From Octopus vulgaris (Eukaryota), in NCBI GenBank assembly GCA_951406725.2, contig OX597820.1, positions 68,200,001 through 68,264,000 of the forward strand: a stretch of 64,000 bases of DNA, written 5' to 3'. Below, in pieces: positions 51,820 through 64,000 of this stretch. The notes under the pieces were generated by a model. It had not been told where the DNA came from, did not search any database, and saw nothing but the letters and a program-made list of their open reading frames with translations. The position numbers and the translations under genes are program-made. How positions within the stretch are numbered: the stretch's first letter is position 1; each line of letters opens with the position of its first letter.

Positions 51820-52680
51820 ATATTCATATTTTATTCATAACTTTGTTTTATATCTAAAGAACAGGTAGATATGATGAAGGAACACTTCAAATTTCCGCAA
51901 TAATAACTAAGTATTATCTAAAATTGCTACTGCGCATGTTCATGGATGTGTATGTCAGTATGTGTGTGCGTTTTGGAGCATAGTATTAACATATAAACTG
52001 TCATAGCTTGAAAGACTATTCTTTCTATTTGAGAGATAGAGACAAACTGAAAGACAAGAAGGAAGGCAACTCAACACACACGCACACACATACAAGCATT
52101 TACACATAGAAAGGGATAAGGGGAGAGATAGTGCAAGGGAAAGCCTGAAACTGGCGTACATATTGTTGAGTGTATAGCTTTCCATGTATGTGTGCGTGCG
52201 AGTTGCGTGCTTCTCTGTGTGTGTAATATACAAATGAATATCTATTTCCTGTTATCAAACAGATTAGGGAATTGGAAATTTGTTTTCCTTCAAATCATAC
52301 GATATTGACCGGGGTTATATCATTTTCTTCCGGGTCTTTAATTGGTTCAACTAGATACAGTTGACCCTGACACTTCTGTGTCTATAATTATTATGTGTAT
52401 ACCTTTAGGGGTGTTACTTCTATTCAGTGCAATAATTGCGATTATCAACTTCAATCAGAGCAATACCGATTATTCTTTGATTCAGCACGTTAAGACAATG
52501 CAGCCCACCTTGTTTGTTGAATCAAATCTATTGAACGTATATTAGGCGTGAATATAGTTCTCGTTTAAATTTAAGCTGCTCTTATCTTCATTCCGAGGTG
52601 ACGTTCTGTTTTGTTAAATTAATACACAACGAGTATTTCTTACGTTCCATCTTAGGTAATAATTCATACATTTGCTTGGC

Positions 52681-52759
52681 CCATCCATCCATCCATCCAT
52701 CCGTTTATCCGTCCATTTGTCTGACAACCTGTCTGTCTAACTGACCGCCTGCCTGCTTA

Positions 52760-52834
<75 letters not shown>

Positions 52835-52842
52835 GTCCGTCC

Positions 52843-52905
<63 letters not shown>

Positions 52906-52914
52906 ATCTGTCTG

Positions 52915-52993
<79 letters not shown>
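52681..52993. repeat. compound tetranucleotide microsatellite (CCAT/TCTG/TCTA), representative of dozens of simple repeats
   Basis: Directly visible. Similar tracts lie at 17678-17790, 21870-22022, 32915-33200, 40773-41105 and 56630-56728, with many (TA)n and (CA)n runs elsewhere. Confidence 0.95.
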
Positions 52994-54111
52994 GGAGGAT
53001 TGGAACGCTAACCTGGACACGCATCTAGACTACGTGAGCAGAGATAGCAATAGGAGGGGATGCAAATACCTGAAAGCCCTGCTCTGACAGGTACCGACTG
53101 GACCACCCGAATGTGTCAATGTGGACATGGAGCAACCGCATCGGGTTGTCCTGATCGTATTTAGATAGAATATTCTGTAGGACAGTGGATAAAGATAGTG
53201 TAGGTTGTCCACAATTCCACATAGTCAGCTACACAGACCACAAATTTGTGACTTGTACACTTGACTTAGATAAGACACATAGGCAGGGTCCCGATTACTG
53301 GAAGCTGAACGCATTGTTCACGGCACGTCAGGCTTACAGGGACCGGATGAGTACATTAGTTAAGGGAGCATTGATGGGTGCCACCATCAACAACAGATGG
53401 TGGTATGCCCTAAAGAAAGCAATTAAAGTAGAATCGGTTAGGTACATTAGACCGAAATAAAGGGAGACCGAGTTAAGAAATTAGAAGAGGCATGGACTGG
53501 CAGCGAGGTTGGCCCTCGACCAACACTTCAACGCCAAACACAAAAGATGCGTTGTCAGAGCTAGGATGCGTGCTCTGAGGAACGAAGGAGTTGGAGCCGC
53601 CCGAAAGGCCCGAGTGGCGGAGGCGCTACGAAGCAACAGAGCTGCCATTAGGTCCCTGACAGATCAACAAGGGCATGAATTAATCGAGCCTGAAAGGATG
53701 TGTGAGGCCTTTCAACAACATTTTGCCCGACTGTTCGGGACAGCTGGTGGGTCAGAATGCAGAGTGGACTTTAGTGTCTACCTGCATGTCCTGCCACGAC
53801 TCTCAGCAAGGAAGGCGGAGTGTTGTTAAAGACCCATCACAGCTGCTGACGTACGGGATGCGATGGCAGGCCTCGCGGGAGACAAGTCACCGTGCTTGGA
53901 TGGTCTGCCCTATGAACTTTATTGTCATATGCCAGACTTGTTTGGAGGCATCTTAGCAGCTGTCTACTGCAACTGGCAGCAAAACGGGAGTGTCTCCGTC
54001 TTTGTAAAGCGTGGAGCGGTGGCACTGCTAACGAAAGATCCAAACAAGAGGAACGTCATAGATAACTTCAGGCCCATCACTCTGCTCAACGCAGATTTGA
54101 ACATCTTAGCC
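52994..54111 (+). pseudogene. Tx1/L1-clade LINE ORF2 fragment (APE C-terminus, linker, RT N-terminus)
   Basis: DWNANLD, LDRIF, SYTDHKFV, GPDYWKLN, KSPCLDGLPYELY and GAVALLTKD..NFRPITLLNADLNILA, with several stops and frameshifts. Confidence 0.92.
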
Positions 54112-54810
54112 TGAGCACTAGAACATTGAAGCCTCTCCTTTGTCTCACAGAAAAACTCCAAAACATCCGCCGTTCCATCCCAGTTCAAACGCATTTCAAC
54201 GTCTGCTATATTCTCCAAATCCTCTAATTCAAATTCAAAACAATCTCACCCCTGGATTGCCGACCAAAATGACCAACTTCGCTAAGAATACTACAAACCA
54301 TATTGCCAATCACATGTGCAGTAACACGATACACAATCACCAATATACTTTAAATAAAATCTAAAGCAGAAACCTTTGTCGGTGCCTTTGCTGATAACTG
54401 TGAAAGAAAGCGGAAGTCGTCGACAACAACACTACCTGCTATATGAACAATTGTAAGACTGCTGATATCAGTCAATATGAATGAGCGTTATGGGCTACTG
54501 AAACAAGCGTGTAGTCTATCACTTGATCAACCACTTCAAAATTACAAACAAAGCAGAAAACGAACAATACTTTTAAATACGGTAAACCAAACTAATTCAT
54601 TATTTCAGACTCACCGCGGAGTATGTGTGATTAACATTATACATTTTTCAAAGCAATTAGATGCAGACGTACCTGTGTGGCAGGAGTTTTCTTCGCAACT
54701 ACATGATTCCTGGTTCAGGCTCACTGCTTGGTACCTTGGGAGAGGATCCTCTGTTATAGCCTCTGGCCGACTAAAGCCTTATGAGTGGATTTGATCGACA
54801 GAAACTGAAA

Positions 54811-55593
54811 AGGCGGCAAGCTGGCAGAATCGTTAGTACGCCGGGCGAAATTCTTAGCGGCATTTCGTCTGCCGTTACATTCTGAGTTCAAATTCCGCCG
54901 AGGTCGACTTCGCCTTTCATCCTTTCGGAGTCGATTAAATAAGTACCAGTTACGCACTGGGGTCGATATAATCGACTTAATCCGTTTGTCTGTCCTTGTT
55001 TTTCCTCTCTGTGTTTAGCCCCTTGTGGCTAGTAAAGAAATAGGTATTTCGTCTGCCGTTACGTTCTGAGTTCAAATTACGCCGTGGTCGACTTTGCCTT
55101 TCATCCTTTCGGGGCCGATAAATTAAGTACCAGTGACGCACTGGGGTCGATGTGATCGACTTAATCCGTTTGTCTGTTCTTGTTTGTCCTCTCTATGTTT
55201 AGCCCCTTGTGGGCAATAAAGAAATAAGAAACGTTAGCACGCCGGGCGATATGCTTAGCAGCATTTCGTCTGCCGTTACGTTCTAAGTTCAAATTCCACC
55301 GAGGTCGACTTGCCTTTCATCCATTCGGGGTCGATAAATTAAATACTAGTTATGCACAGGAGTCGATATAATCGGCTTAATTGGTTTGTCTGTCCTTGTT
55401 TGTCCTCTCTGGGTTTAGCTCCTTGTAGGTAGTAAAGAAATAGGTATTTCGTCTGCCGTTACGTTCTGAGTTCAAATTCCGCCGAGGTACCAGTTATGCA
55501 CTGGGGTCTATGTAATAGACTTAATCCCTTTGTCCTTGTTTGTCCCCTCTACGTTCAGCCCCTTGTGGGCAATAAAGAAATAAGAAACTGAAA
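54811..55593 (+). mobile_element. four-unit SINE family B array inserted into a SINE A copy (54660-54810)
   Basis: Units start at ~54811, ~55043, ~55227 and ~55443. The array is flanked by the direct repeat agaaactgaaa at 54800-54810 and 55583-55593. Confidence 0.9.
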
Positions 55594-55619
55594 AGACCAG
55601 CTGTGTATTTACACTCTGA

Positions 55620-56628
55620 ACCACGTAAATAGCGTCTCTCCTTTCTAAGAACCCGGCAAGAATCCCTGAAACTGTCTCATTTACGGCCCTGTCACAAGAG
55701 TTTGAGGCTTCAATGGGCCAAGAAGTACATGACGTTTGAGATGAGTTGTGTTATGTTCACTGACGAAAACAGGCGACCTGACAGTTGGGCAAACGGTTGG
55801 ATATATTTTGGAGATGAGCGTCACCAACGTTTACAACATCAGCAACAGGATTGAGGAGCCATGTTGTGTGCTGGTATCATTGGGGACAGACCTCTTGGGG
55901 GTTAAAGTGGTTGAAGTGACCGCAGCCGCCTACTACAATCACCTGAAGGAGGTCTTGGTTCCCTGGCTAGATAACGTACCGCTGTCACTTCTAAGGAATT
56001 TCGTATTCATGCATGACAACACTCCTTCCCACACTGATAGGGCCACCCAAACATTACTAGGTGAAAGGTTGGTGGTGTGGCCGCTAGCATCTCCAGATGT
56101 CAACCCTATTGAAAATCTTTTCTCCATCATTAAACAAGATATTTATGCCGATGGACGTCAATTTATGTCGAAAGATGTCTTATGGGCGACCATCAAAGTT
56201 GCAGCAGAGGCAGTCCAACTTCCTACTATTAAGAAATTGACAGATTCCATGACTAATAGGGTTTTTGAAGTTATCCGTTAAAATATCGCTCATGTGGCTA
56301 AATGATTCATTATGTCAGTAAATGTTATAATATTATTATGGTTTTATGTTAAGTATATAAACAATGTACGTTTAATATGTATCGTTACCCTTCATTTTCT
56401 GAAAAATAATGTCCAGATGGGCTATTTTCATTCAAAAGCTAGCGTGGTTCCCCAAAAAACTGAAGAATCTGAAATATAAAAAAAAGGACGTTACACAGGA
56501 TAATGAAAACATAACAAAGGTGTTGGCATAGTGCGCAAACCAGCTGGGGATTGTTTTATCAAAATCAATTCAAATAAATCTGAGAAATCCTAAATTTCAC
56601 TTCTAAGCTATTAGCGTGGTTCTGGCTG
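55620..56628 (+). mobile_element. Tc1/mariner transposon relic, TRT (DD37E)-like, with right end
   Basis: HKSLRLQWAKKY..VMFTDE, WANGWI, FMHDNTPSH and WPLASPDVNPIENLFSIIKQDIYADGRQF. The D-to-E spacing here is 31 residues, probably after a deletion. The element ends ...ggctg-TA with tagcgtggttc repeated at ~56440 and ~56612. Confidence 0.9.
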
Positions 56629-56630
56629 TA

Positions 56631-56729
<99 letters not shown>

Positions 56730-57464
56730 AATTCTTAAATAAAGAATACTAATGATAGTGACTTTAAATTAAGCCAACGTCGGATTGCGATGCATTAAAG
56801 TTAATCTTGGCATTGTATAGTCTCTATTGAGTTACAGCCTCCCTTTGGTGCGTGGGTTTGTGTGGAGTGGTAGTTAGGTTTTAGGGTGGGTGGTTATGGA
56901 GAGATGTTTTAGAGAAATGTGAAATGTTAATTATATTTGTGTTTACGTAATTGTTTAGAATTTAATCATGTATGCAGAACTTTGAAAACAAGCGTGTATG
57001 TTTAGGTGTGTCACTTTTGTTTTGTAAGCACAGAGTATGTTAGCAGTTTAATTAATATTTTGGTTTCATTGAATTTAATCCTTTGTTTTGACAAAGTAAT
57101 ATTCTTGCTTAGGAATATTAAATTCGGTAAACCGAACAGACCCGTGGCTGAAGTTCACCGGGGTATTTCATCAAGACTTATGTCTATAATAAGGAACCTG
57201 TGTGAAGGGAAACGGCCTGTAATATGTCATGGGGGCAGTGTGGTGTTGATATGTGTGAAGGACGGTGGTAGAAAGAGGGAATAGGGTAAGTACTCTGTCT
57301 TAAACCTATGAGTTGAAATATGTTTGTAGATGTATGTGTGTTTTAGTGTGTAAGATTGTGTATGGTCAAGATTGTGCTGAAAACTCAGGTTGTGACGCTG
57401 CTAAGTACTGATGGTGGCGGTACTAACGTTTATAATGATTATGCGAGTACGTAGGTATCAGTTA

Positions 57465-58200
57465 TATATCGCCTTTCATGTGGGCATGAGTTGAAAACGC
57501 CACTTCTACAGTTATGTAGGTGTGCCTGGGAAGAGAGTCTTTAGTAAGTACTCTTCTTGGCCAGGCATAACTTAAACCAGTGACTACCATTTAATGAAGG
57601 TTTTTCCCTCTTCAGCACTCTTCCTCTGATATTGTAGTCCAAGGCACATTCCTTCAAATATCATGTATTCCTAGCTAGGGCTGTATCATAACGTTTCTCT
57701 TCGCGATTAAAGGAGGATTTCGGTTGTTATAGCTTGTCTTAAAAGTGGTTTCTCTCGCGACCATAGGCTTCTGTACTGGACTCCTTTTACATCACTTCTG
57801 CCACATATACGTCTGTCTCTGTCTTGCATTAACTTATAATTACATGTCGTGTTGACTCTGCGTAAGCATCATGCCTCTGTCTCAGTTGTTGACTTACCTA
57901 CTAATGTGGTGTTTACACTAAGTGCACGGCTGAAGGAAATCCTTTAAATATTCCATTAAATATTTTACGGAAACAAAGCATTCGAAGAAAGTGTTTATCC
58001 ACTAAATTAAGAAAGATCTTACCTAGACAAGTTTTTCCGTTCTCGTAAATAAGATAGGGTGAACCACAAAACTTTCCTGTGCCGTGTTTTGTTGGTGGGT
58101 TTAAGGTCAGGCGAGTAACTAATCCTCTCCTTAAATTCGCTGGCAGCCAGGGCCTCATTGTGGTACGGGCCTACGACGTAGAAATTCTCTTTACTTAAAG
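57465..58200 (-). pseudogene. Penelope-like retroelement relic (RT-EN linker and GIY-YIG endonuclease)
   Basis: ENGKTCLGKIFLNLVDKHF..FRKIFN, ETTFKTSYNN-(fs)-SSFNREEKRYDTALA..YLKE..LDYNI, NGSHWFKLCL and HNCRSGVFNSCPHERRY are collinear with the C-terminus of Penelope-clade proteins. Confidence 0.85.
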
Positions 58201-58390
58201 AGAGGCTTGAGGTTCTTCTGTCGACTTCTTTTGGTTTTCATCTTGACCTTGACGACAAAAAAATTTAGGATATAAATTAAGTCTTTCCTAACCCTGTCTT
58301 TGTGTGGCCGTTCACATTCCTCAACAGAGACAAGGTATCGCCTCTACACGCATACTATACGCTTTATACACACACACATATATATGTACT

Positions 58391-58444
<54 letters not shown>

Positions 58445-59236
58445 TATATGTCAATATATATATATGTGTGTGTGTACATATTGCACATGCATACACGTGT
58501 GTGCATGTGTGTGTATGTGTGTGTGTGTGTATGTGTGTGTGTGTGTGTATGTGTGTGTGTGACTCTGTGTCCGAGATCATTAATGTCACCAGCATTGTGG
58601 AATAGTGCGTAACATAGCGAAGCAAGTATAGTCAATATGATAATTACTATACTGAAGTATGCCTTAGGGTCATTGTAATCGACCAAAACCCTTGAAGGAG
58701 ACACCTTAGTATGGTCGCAATCCAATGAGTGAAACTAAAGAAAATAATGTCAGCACTGATAGTTTTGAAATGCTATTACTAAATTCATGAGTCAGCACAG
58801 TTTTGTTTAGAATGTAGTGGGGTATGCTTATACAGTGTAGTTAATATTCAAATAAAATTGTTTGTTTGTCCAGACAATTCTTCATTTAATTATTAGATGT
58901 CCTCAGTTCAGTTTTAATTCACTGATGAAATAAGATTATATCAAATTTATATGTTTGTACCAACCCGTTTGTCTGAAATATCTGATGGCAGGTGTAATTA
59001 TTAAATCGTTAAGGTATCGGACTTCGGGCAACATAGTTATGAGTTACTGTCTTACTTCAGGCACTGAGCTGCATTCCTTAGACAAGCCAATTAAATGTGC
59101 CCACCAAAGGCTTCAAGTCTATTTAAAGCATTAAAATAATTTCTGACCATCACTTTTAACTTTCTCATGCTAAAAGTATTGATTCCTAGCATCTTGTTGC
59201 GGGGGAGATGTATAATCGATTAAATTGTACTGCATT

Positions 59237-59422
59237 ATAGGTGCAGGCATGGCTATGCCGATAAGAAACTGCTTTGCAATCGAGTAGTTTTAGGTTCAGT
59301 CCCACAGTGCGGCACCCTGGGAAAATGTCTTCTACTAATTCCTCAGGCCAACCAATGTCTTGTGAACGAATTTGATACCCGAAAACTGTGGGGAAGCCCG
59401 TTGTATACACACATACACACAC

Positions 59423-59500
<78 letters not shown>

Positions 59501-59503
59501 GTA

Positions 59504-59558
<55 letters not shown>

Positions 59559-59590
59559 ATACAATATATGTGTCTGTGTTTGTCTCTCCA
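59237..59590 (+). mobile_element. SINE family A, 5' half, degenerate
   Basis: aggtgcaggcatggctatg...ggttcagtcccacagtgcggcaccctgggaaaatgtcttctact. Confidence 0.8.
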
Positions 59591-62012
59591 CTGATCTAAA
59601 TATCCCTGGTAACACCCAACAAGGATCGAAAATCGATTAAGGCTCTTCAGTTTTCAATCTACTCAGAAATAGGAAAATTCTGCATGCTTGTGTGTCTACT
59701 ACGTAGGATTACATATATGTATCTTTCATGCAATCATCTTCAATAACGTTGGGAAAAGAAATCTTAATATATTATCGATTGAAATTTTAGAAGTTCATAC
59801 TGTGTTTAAATTTGTCCTAATATAAAAATAGATTATATGAAGGAAAACTGAATAAATTCTCTGCTATGGCCAGCGAGTAAAATTCTGACAGTTTTCAAAT
59901 TCAGAACATTGCTATGAAAATCGATCCGCGACCGATTTCTTTTGAGAGTAAAGATAGCCGGGATATATACATACAATTATGAATGAGATATCTTTAAATT
60001 ATCTCTAGTGACTCAATGTCTGTCGTTTAATCTCATGTATTAAATCTCCGCTGTTATATAATGCTATTATATCCCCAGTTTCGCCTTGATAATAGACGAC
60101 AGATGGTTTATAATAATGATAGCAAGACTCTTTAGATAAGAATGCATCTTTATGATGACGTCAGTTCCGTTAGAATTGTATCATTTCCGGATGTAATTCA
60201 TGGATTTACTGTGAGTTTCAGCAGTCCCTTTATCTGCCATGCGACAATATCTCTATTGTACACTCGACAATGGAAAATTAGGAAATTATGATGTATAAAT
60301 CAATGCAAGACGAATTTCTGGATGTGACGGACAATTTAAAAAGTGAGAGGTGACAAATGGCCGGAAGACAGAGGCGAGAAACGGGATTAGGTAAGGTGCG
60401 TATGCATAAAAAAAAGAGAAGCATATCTTGTACAGTGAACACATGATATCCTATCTTCACACTTTTTTTCTTTCTTTGTCTTTATGAGCTATTACAATTT
60501 AGAGGACATACATGATAATGCTTTGGACTGTGCCAACTTTGAATGGCCAAATCGTAATTGAGAAACCAATGCATATTCATATAAAACATGCAGAAATTAT
60601 TTTCTCTGGGCTAATAACAAAAACAATGTTAGTAACTCGCATGGCCACCCCAATCCGTTTCAACAAATGTCATTGTCCCTAAGCAAACATTATTGAATAA
60701 AAGATTGCAATTCTCAAGGAGGAGACGCATGCGAGATATATAGACTTAGTTTAATCTACACTTTATTGGTGAAACTCGGATATGGAAACCAGTAGTGGGA
60801 ATCTAGTACGAAACCATGTTGTTTGGGGTTTTCATTTCTTGGATTTAATAAATATAGTGTGTGTGGACTCTCTCGACACTTCGACGAATGTGTAAGCGGT
60901 TCGCAGGATTCATAGTTCAATGTTTTTTCGTATCGTCTGAGTAACTGTGTTAGCGTTGATGCTGGGGTTGTGGTTTGTTGGACGGTCTATACAATAAATA
61001 TTATTACAGTTAGCAATGTTTTATGCAGAACCAGTCTCATGCCTTCGTCCATCAGACTTGTGTTGCTCTGGTACAAGAACTGCTACAAGCTCAGTAGTTA
61101 TCAGGAAGTAACGTAAGAGCTGTAAGTGACCTTCCAAATTAAATATGATGGTGTTTAATTGAACTCCAAGTTATCACTGACCAAATAGATCCTTGATCAA
61201 AAGCATTCCAACGTACACCCCAACGCTTTTTTTGTATATCAGAGACTTTGAGTTCTAAAGTATCTGTCTTTTCATTACAACTTTGGGATCTTATTTTTGT
61301 AAGATTTAGATGGTTTTCTTTCAAACATGTTGAGTGACCTCTTTAGCAGCGTCCTATATTTATCTAAGCATGCAATAGTAAGAAAAGAAAGTAGATTATA
61401 ATGAAAAACACCAACTCCAGTAAACAACGAAAAGAAACAGAAACATAGATTATCTTGAACTAGATATAAGATCCATTGGTATGGCAGATTAAAATAACAT
61501 GGGTATATGGGTTATTCAAGGGTTTGCGTTCACCTATGGAAATACTGACAAAATACTAACTAATTACGTTGTACTTACTATAGTAGCAGTAATGAAATAT
61601 GTACACCTATACTCACCATACATATTCCAGTTGTCTGAGCAACGAAAATAATTATATTAGGTCTCGTCGTCGTCGCCGTCGGCTTTATCTCGTATCCGAG
61701 TATTTAGTTCTTCTTTGCGAAACGTTTCCTTTATGGTGATGCCGTGGATGACTCTGTAGACCAATTCTTGCATAGAAGAGTCAATGGTATTGACTGCATG
61801 GCAAAGTTGGTGGAAGACAAGATTGATCTTGTAGAGACTTTCTCTCTTGTCGTTTGTTTTGTTTTTTTCCTTTTTTTCTTGTGGTGGATTCGAAGTTTTT
61901 GGTTTCGATGGTGATGGATTTAGTGTGTCAGTTGTCCGTTGCAACACCATTAGTCACATCTGATTACTGGCTAAAAAAATGGAAGATAAATTTTGACTTA
62001 GGAGATAACATC

Positions 62013-62068
62013 TAAGCGAGCAGACTCTTTTTTAAGCGAGCAGACTCTTTTTTAAGCGAGCAGACTCC
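62013..62068. repeat. 20-bp tandem repeat x3
   Basis: taagcgagcagactc is repeated three times with T-run spacers. Confidence 0.9.
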
Positions 62069-62142
62069 ATAGAAGTTAGCCATGGTTCAAAAGTTGTTGT
62101 TAAACCATGGGATGGAATAAACCTACCGCTCAAAGAACAGTT

Positions 62143-62483
62143 ATAGGCGCAGGTATGGTAGGTTGCTTGCTTGCCAGCCAAATGGTTCCGAGTTCAGTCC
62201 CACTGCGTGGCTCTTTGGGCAAGTGTCTTCTACTATAGCCTCGGACCGACCAAAGCCTATATATATATGTATGGATGGATGTGTGTTTGTTTGTGTGTTT
62301 GTGTTTGTACCCCCAACATCGATTGACAACCGATGCTGGTGTGCTTACATCTACGTAACTTAGAATAAGTAATAGGCTTACAAAGAGTAAGTCCTGGGGT
62401 AGGCTGGGGCAATTTGTTCGATTAAAGGTGCTCCAGCATGGCCGCAGTCAAATGACTGAAACAAATAAAAGAATAAAAGAATG
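62143..62483 (+). mobile_element. SINE family A
   Basis: ataggcgcaggtatggtagg head through aatgactgaaacaaataaaagaataaaag tail. Confidence 0.88.
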
Positions 62484-63079
62484 GATTCCCACTGAAAGCC
62501 TAACGCCACACTGTTTAGGTTTATTAAATTAAAAACACAAACTTTCTGTAAATTAGATGTTTGAGACAGTCGATCAATTCAGAACGAATCCAAACCCACG
62601 TAGCTTTAAAAATTCGAACTACATCATGGATCAACATAGGTGAAGCAGAATACCCTACCCCATGGGGAAGAGATATTCATGGCGTGGTTTTGTAAAACAC
62701 ATCTCGGTTATAAGCGTAGAATTGTTAAGAATTTTACTTTGCACTCATGAGGTTCCGGTTTCGATTCCGCTGTATATATTGTTTATGTGTTTTAAATTTG
62801 TAGTTCGTATAACAGTTTAACACAAAGAAATATCTGTTTATAAGACGTTTTCAAATTAAGTGATTACTTTCAAAATGCTCCATGAATGAAGCAAAGTTTG
62901 TCAGTGAGTAGGGCCAACTCGATCTCATGGTATTTCTGATGGTTATGTAAAGTTTCCGAATTGACGGAGACAAATTCAACAACTTGCTGTTATGTGTGAT
63001 AAATATGTAAAATAATGTATACGTGTAGCCGTGTCCTTTAGAGTGGTGCTCATATCGATAATCCCATTACAAAATTATC

Positions 63080-63248
63080 ATGGGCGTAGGAGTGGCTGTG
63101 TGGTAAGTAGCTTGCTTATGAACTACATGGTTCCGGGTTCAGTCTCACTGCGTGGCACTTTCGGCAAGTGCTTCTACTATAGCCTCGGGCCAAGCAAAAC
63201 CCTTGTGAGTGGATTTGGTGGACGGAAACTGAAAGAAGCTCGTCGTGA

Positions 63249-63301
<53 letters not shown>

Positions 63302-63527
63302 TATATATGTATGTATGTATATATGCGTGTGTATATGTCTGTGTGTCTGTGTTTGTCTCTCCAACATCGCTTGACAACCGATGGTGGTGTGTTTACGTCC
63401 CCGTAACTTAGTGGTTCGACAAAAGAGACCGATATACAAAGAATAAGTCCTGGGGTCGATGTGCTCGACTAAAGGCGGTGCTCCAGTATGGCCACTGTCA
63501 AATGACTGAAACAAGTAAAAGAGTAAA
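63080..63527 (+). mobile_element. SINE family A, near full length
   Basis: gggcgtaggagtggctgtgtggtaagtagc head, internal (TA)/(TG) tract and aatgactgaaacaagtaaaagagtaaa tail. Confidence 0.92.
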
Positions 63528-64000
63528 CGAATATTAGACCATCTTTCATTACCTAACATATCATCCACACAAAAATATACCTTCATGATACAAGTACGAC
63601 ATGAATCATACTGCACAGTATAGCGCACAACGTCATCGTGTATCGCTTTTGAGTGGACCAACATTTTATCAATTGAATTTGGTAGCCGAGAACTCTGCAT
63701 GCACGAATGTGCGTGTGTATGTATGTGTATGTGTGTGTGTGTGTGTGCACGCGCGCGAGTGTGTGTGTGTGTATATGTATGTGTGTATGTATGTGTGTAT
63801 ATGTGTGTGTTCGTGCTTGTTTCGGTTTACGTTTCCATACTGCTCCAAATACCGATGTTGTTTTGGTATGTCGTTTATTTAAAATCTTGTAACTTAGTGG
63901 TTCAAAAGTGATCGATAAAATATCTATGAGTCTGCAAATAAATACTCAAGTTTATGTGATCCTTTAAACACTTGTGGAAGATGACTCATCATGTGGTAGA

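Noticed and set aside
52342-52545. Small membrane-protein exon or Helitron helicase piece
   Set aside because: The hydrophobicity reflects AT/T-rich composition. The single KVGCIV-like motif on the minus strand is unsupported by flanking motifs.
62013-62068. CRISPR-like repeat
   Set aside because: The spacers are identical T-runs, there are only three units, the context is eukaryotic and no cas genes are present.

Overview
AT-rich eukaryotic intergenic or deep-intronic DNA, saturated with microsatellites ((TA)n, (CA)n, (AAT)n, (TCTA)n, (TACA)n, (GA)n). I could not support any host protein-coding gene. Most ORFs in the supplied track are microsatellite or SINE read-throughs. The repeat landscape looks like an octopus (coleoid cephalopod) genome; this is inference from pattern recognition, not a database hit. 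It includes at least four tRNA-derived SINE families and relics of Tx1/L1, Dong/R4, CR1-group, Penelope (GIY-YIG) and BEL/Pao retroelements. It also holds Merlin, piggyBac, Tc1 (TRT-like), pogo-like, Helitron and Helentron-type DNA elements. The most striking signal is RNA-structural: about a dozen hammerhead-ribozyme-like motifs (CUGANGA...GAAA...UH, minimal palindromic stem III, several core variants) from unrelated sequence families. Many sit in short non-coding fold-back elements anchored in microsatellites, and in two cases the symmetry axis lies at or next to the ribozyme core. A degenerate Penelope ORF in the same window suggests the likely mobilising class. Other notable items are an ORF1-only Tx1-like retroelement inserted with a 13-bp TSD into the tRNA head of a SINE, a four-unit SINE array retroposed as one block, and a nested palindrome of SINE plus Dong fragments.
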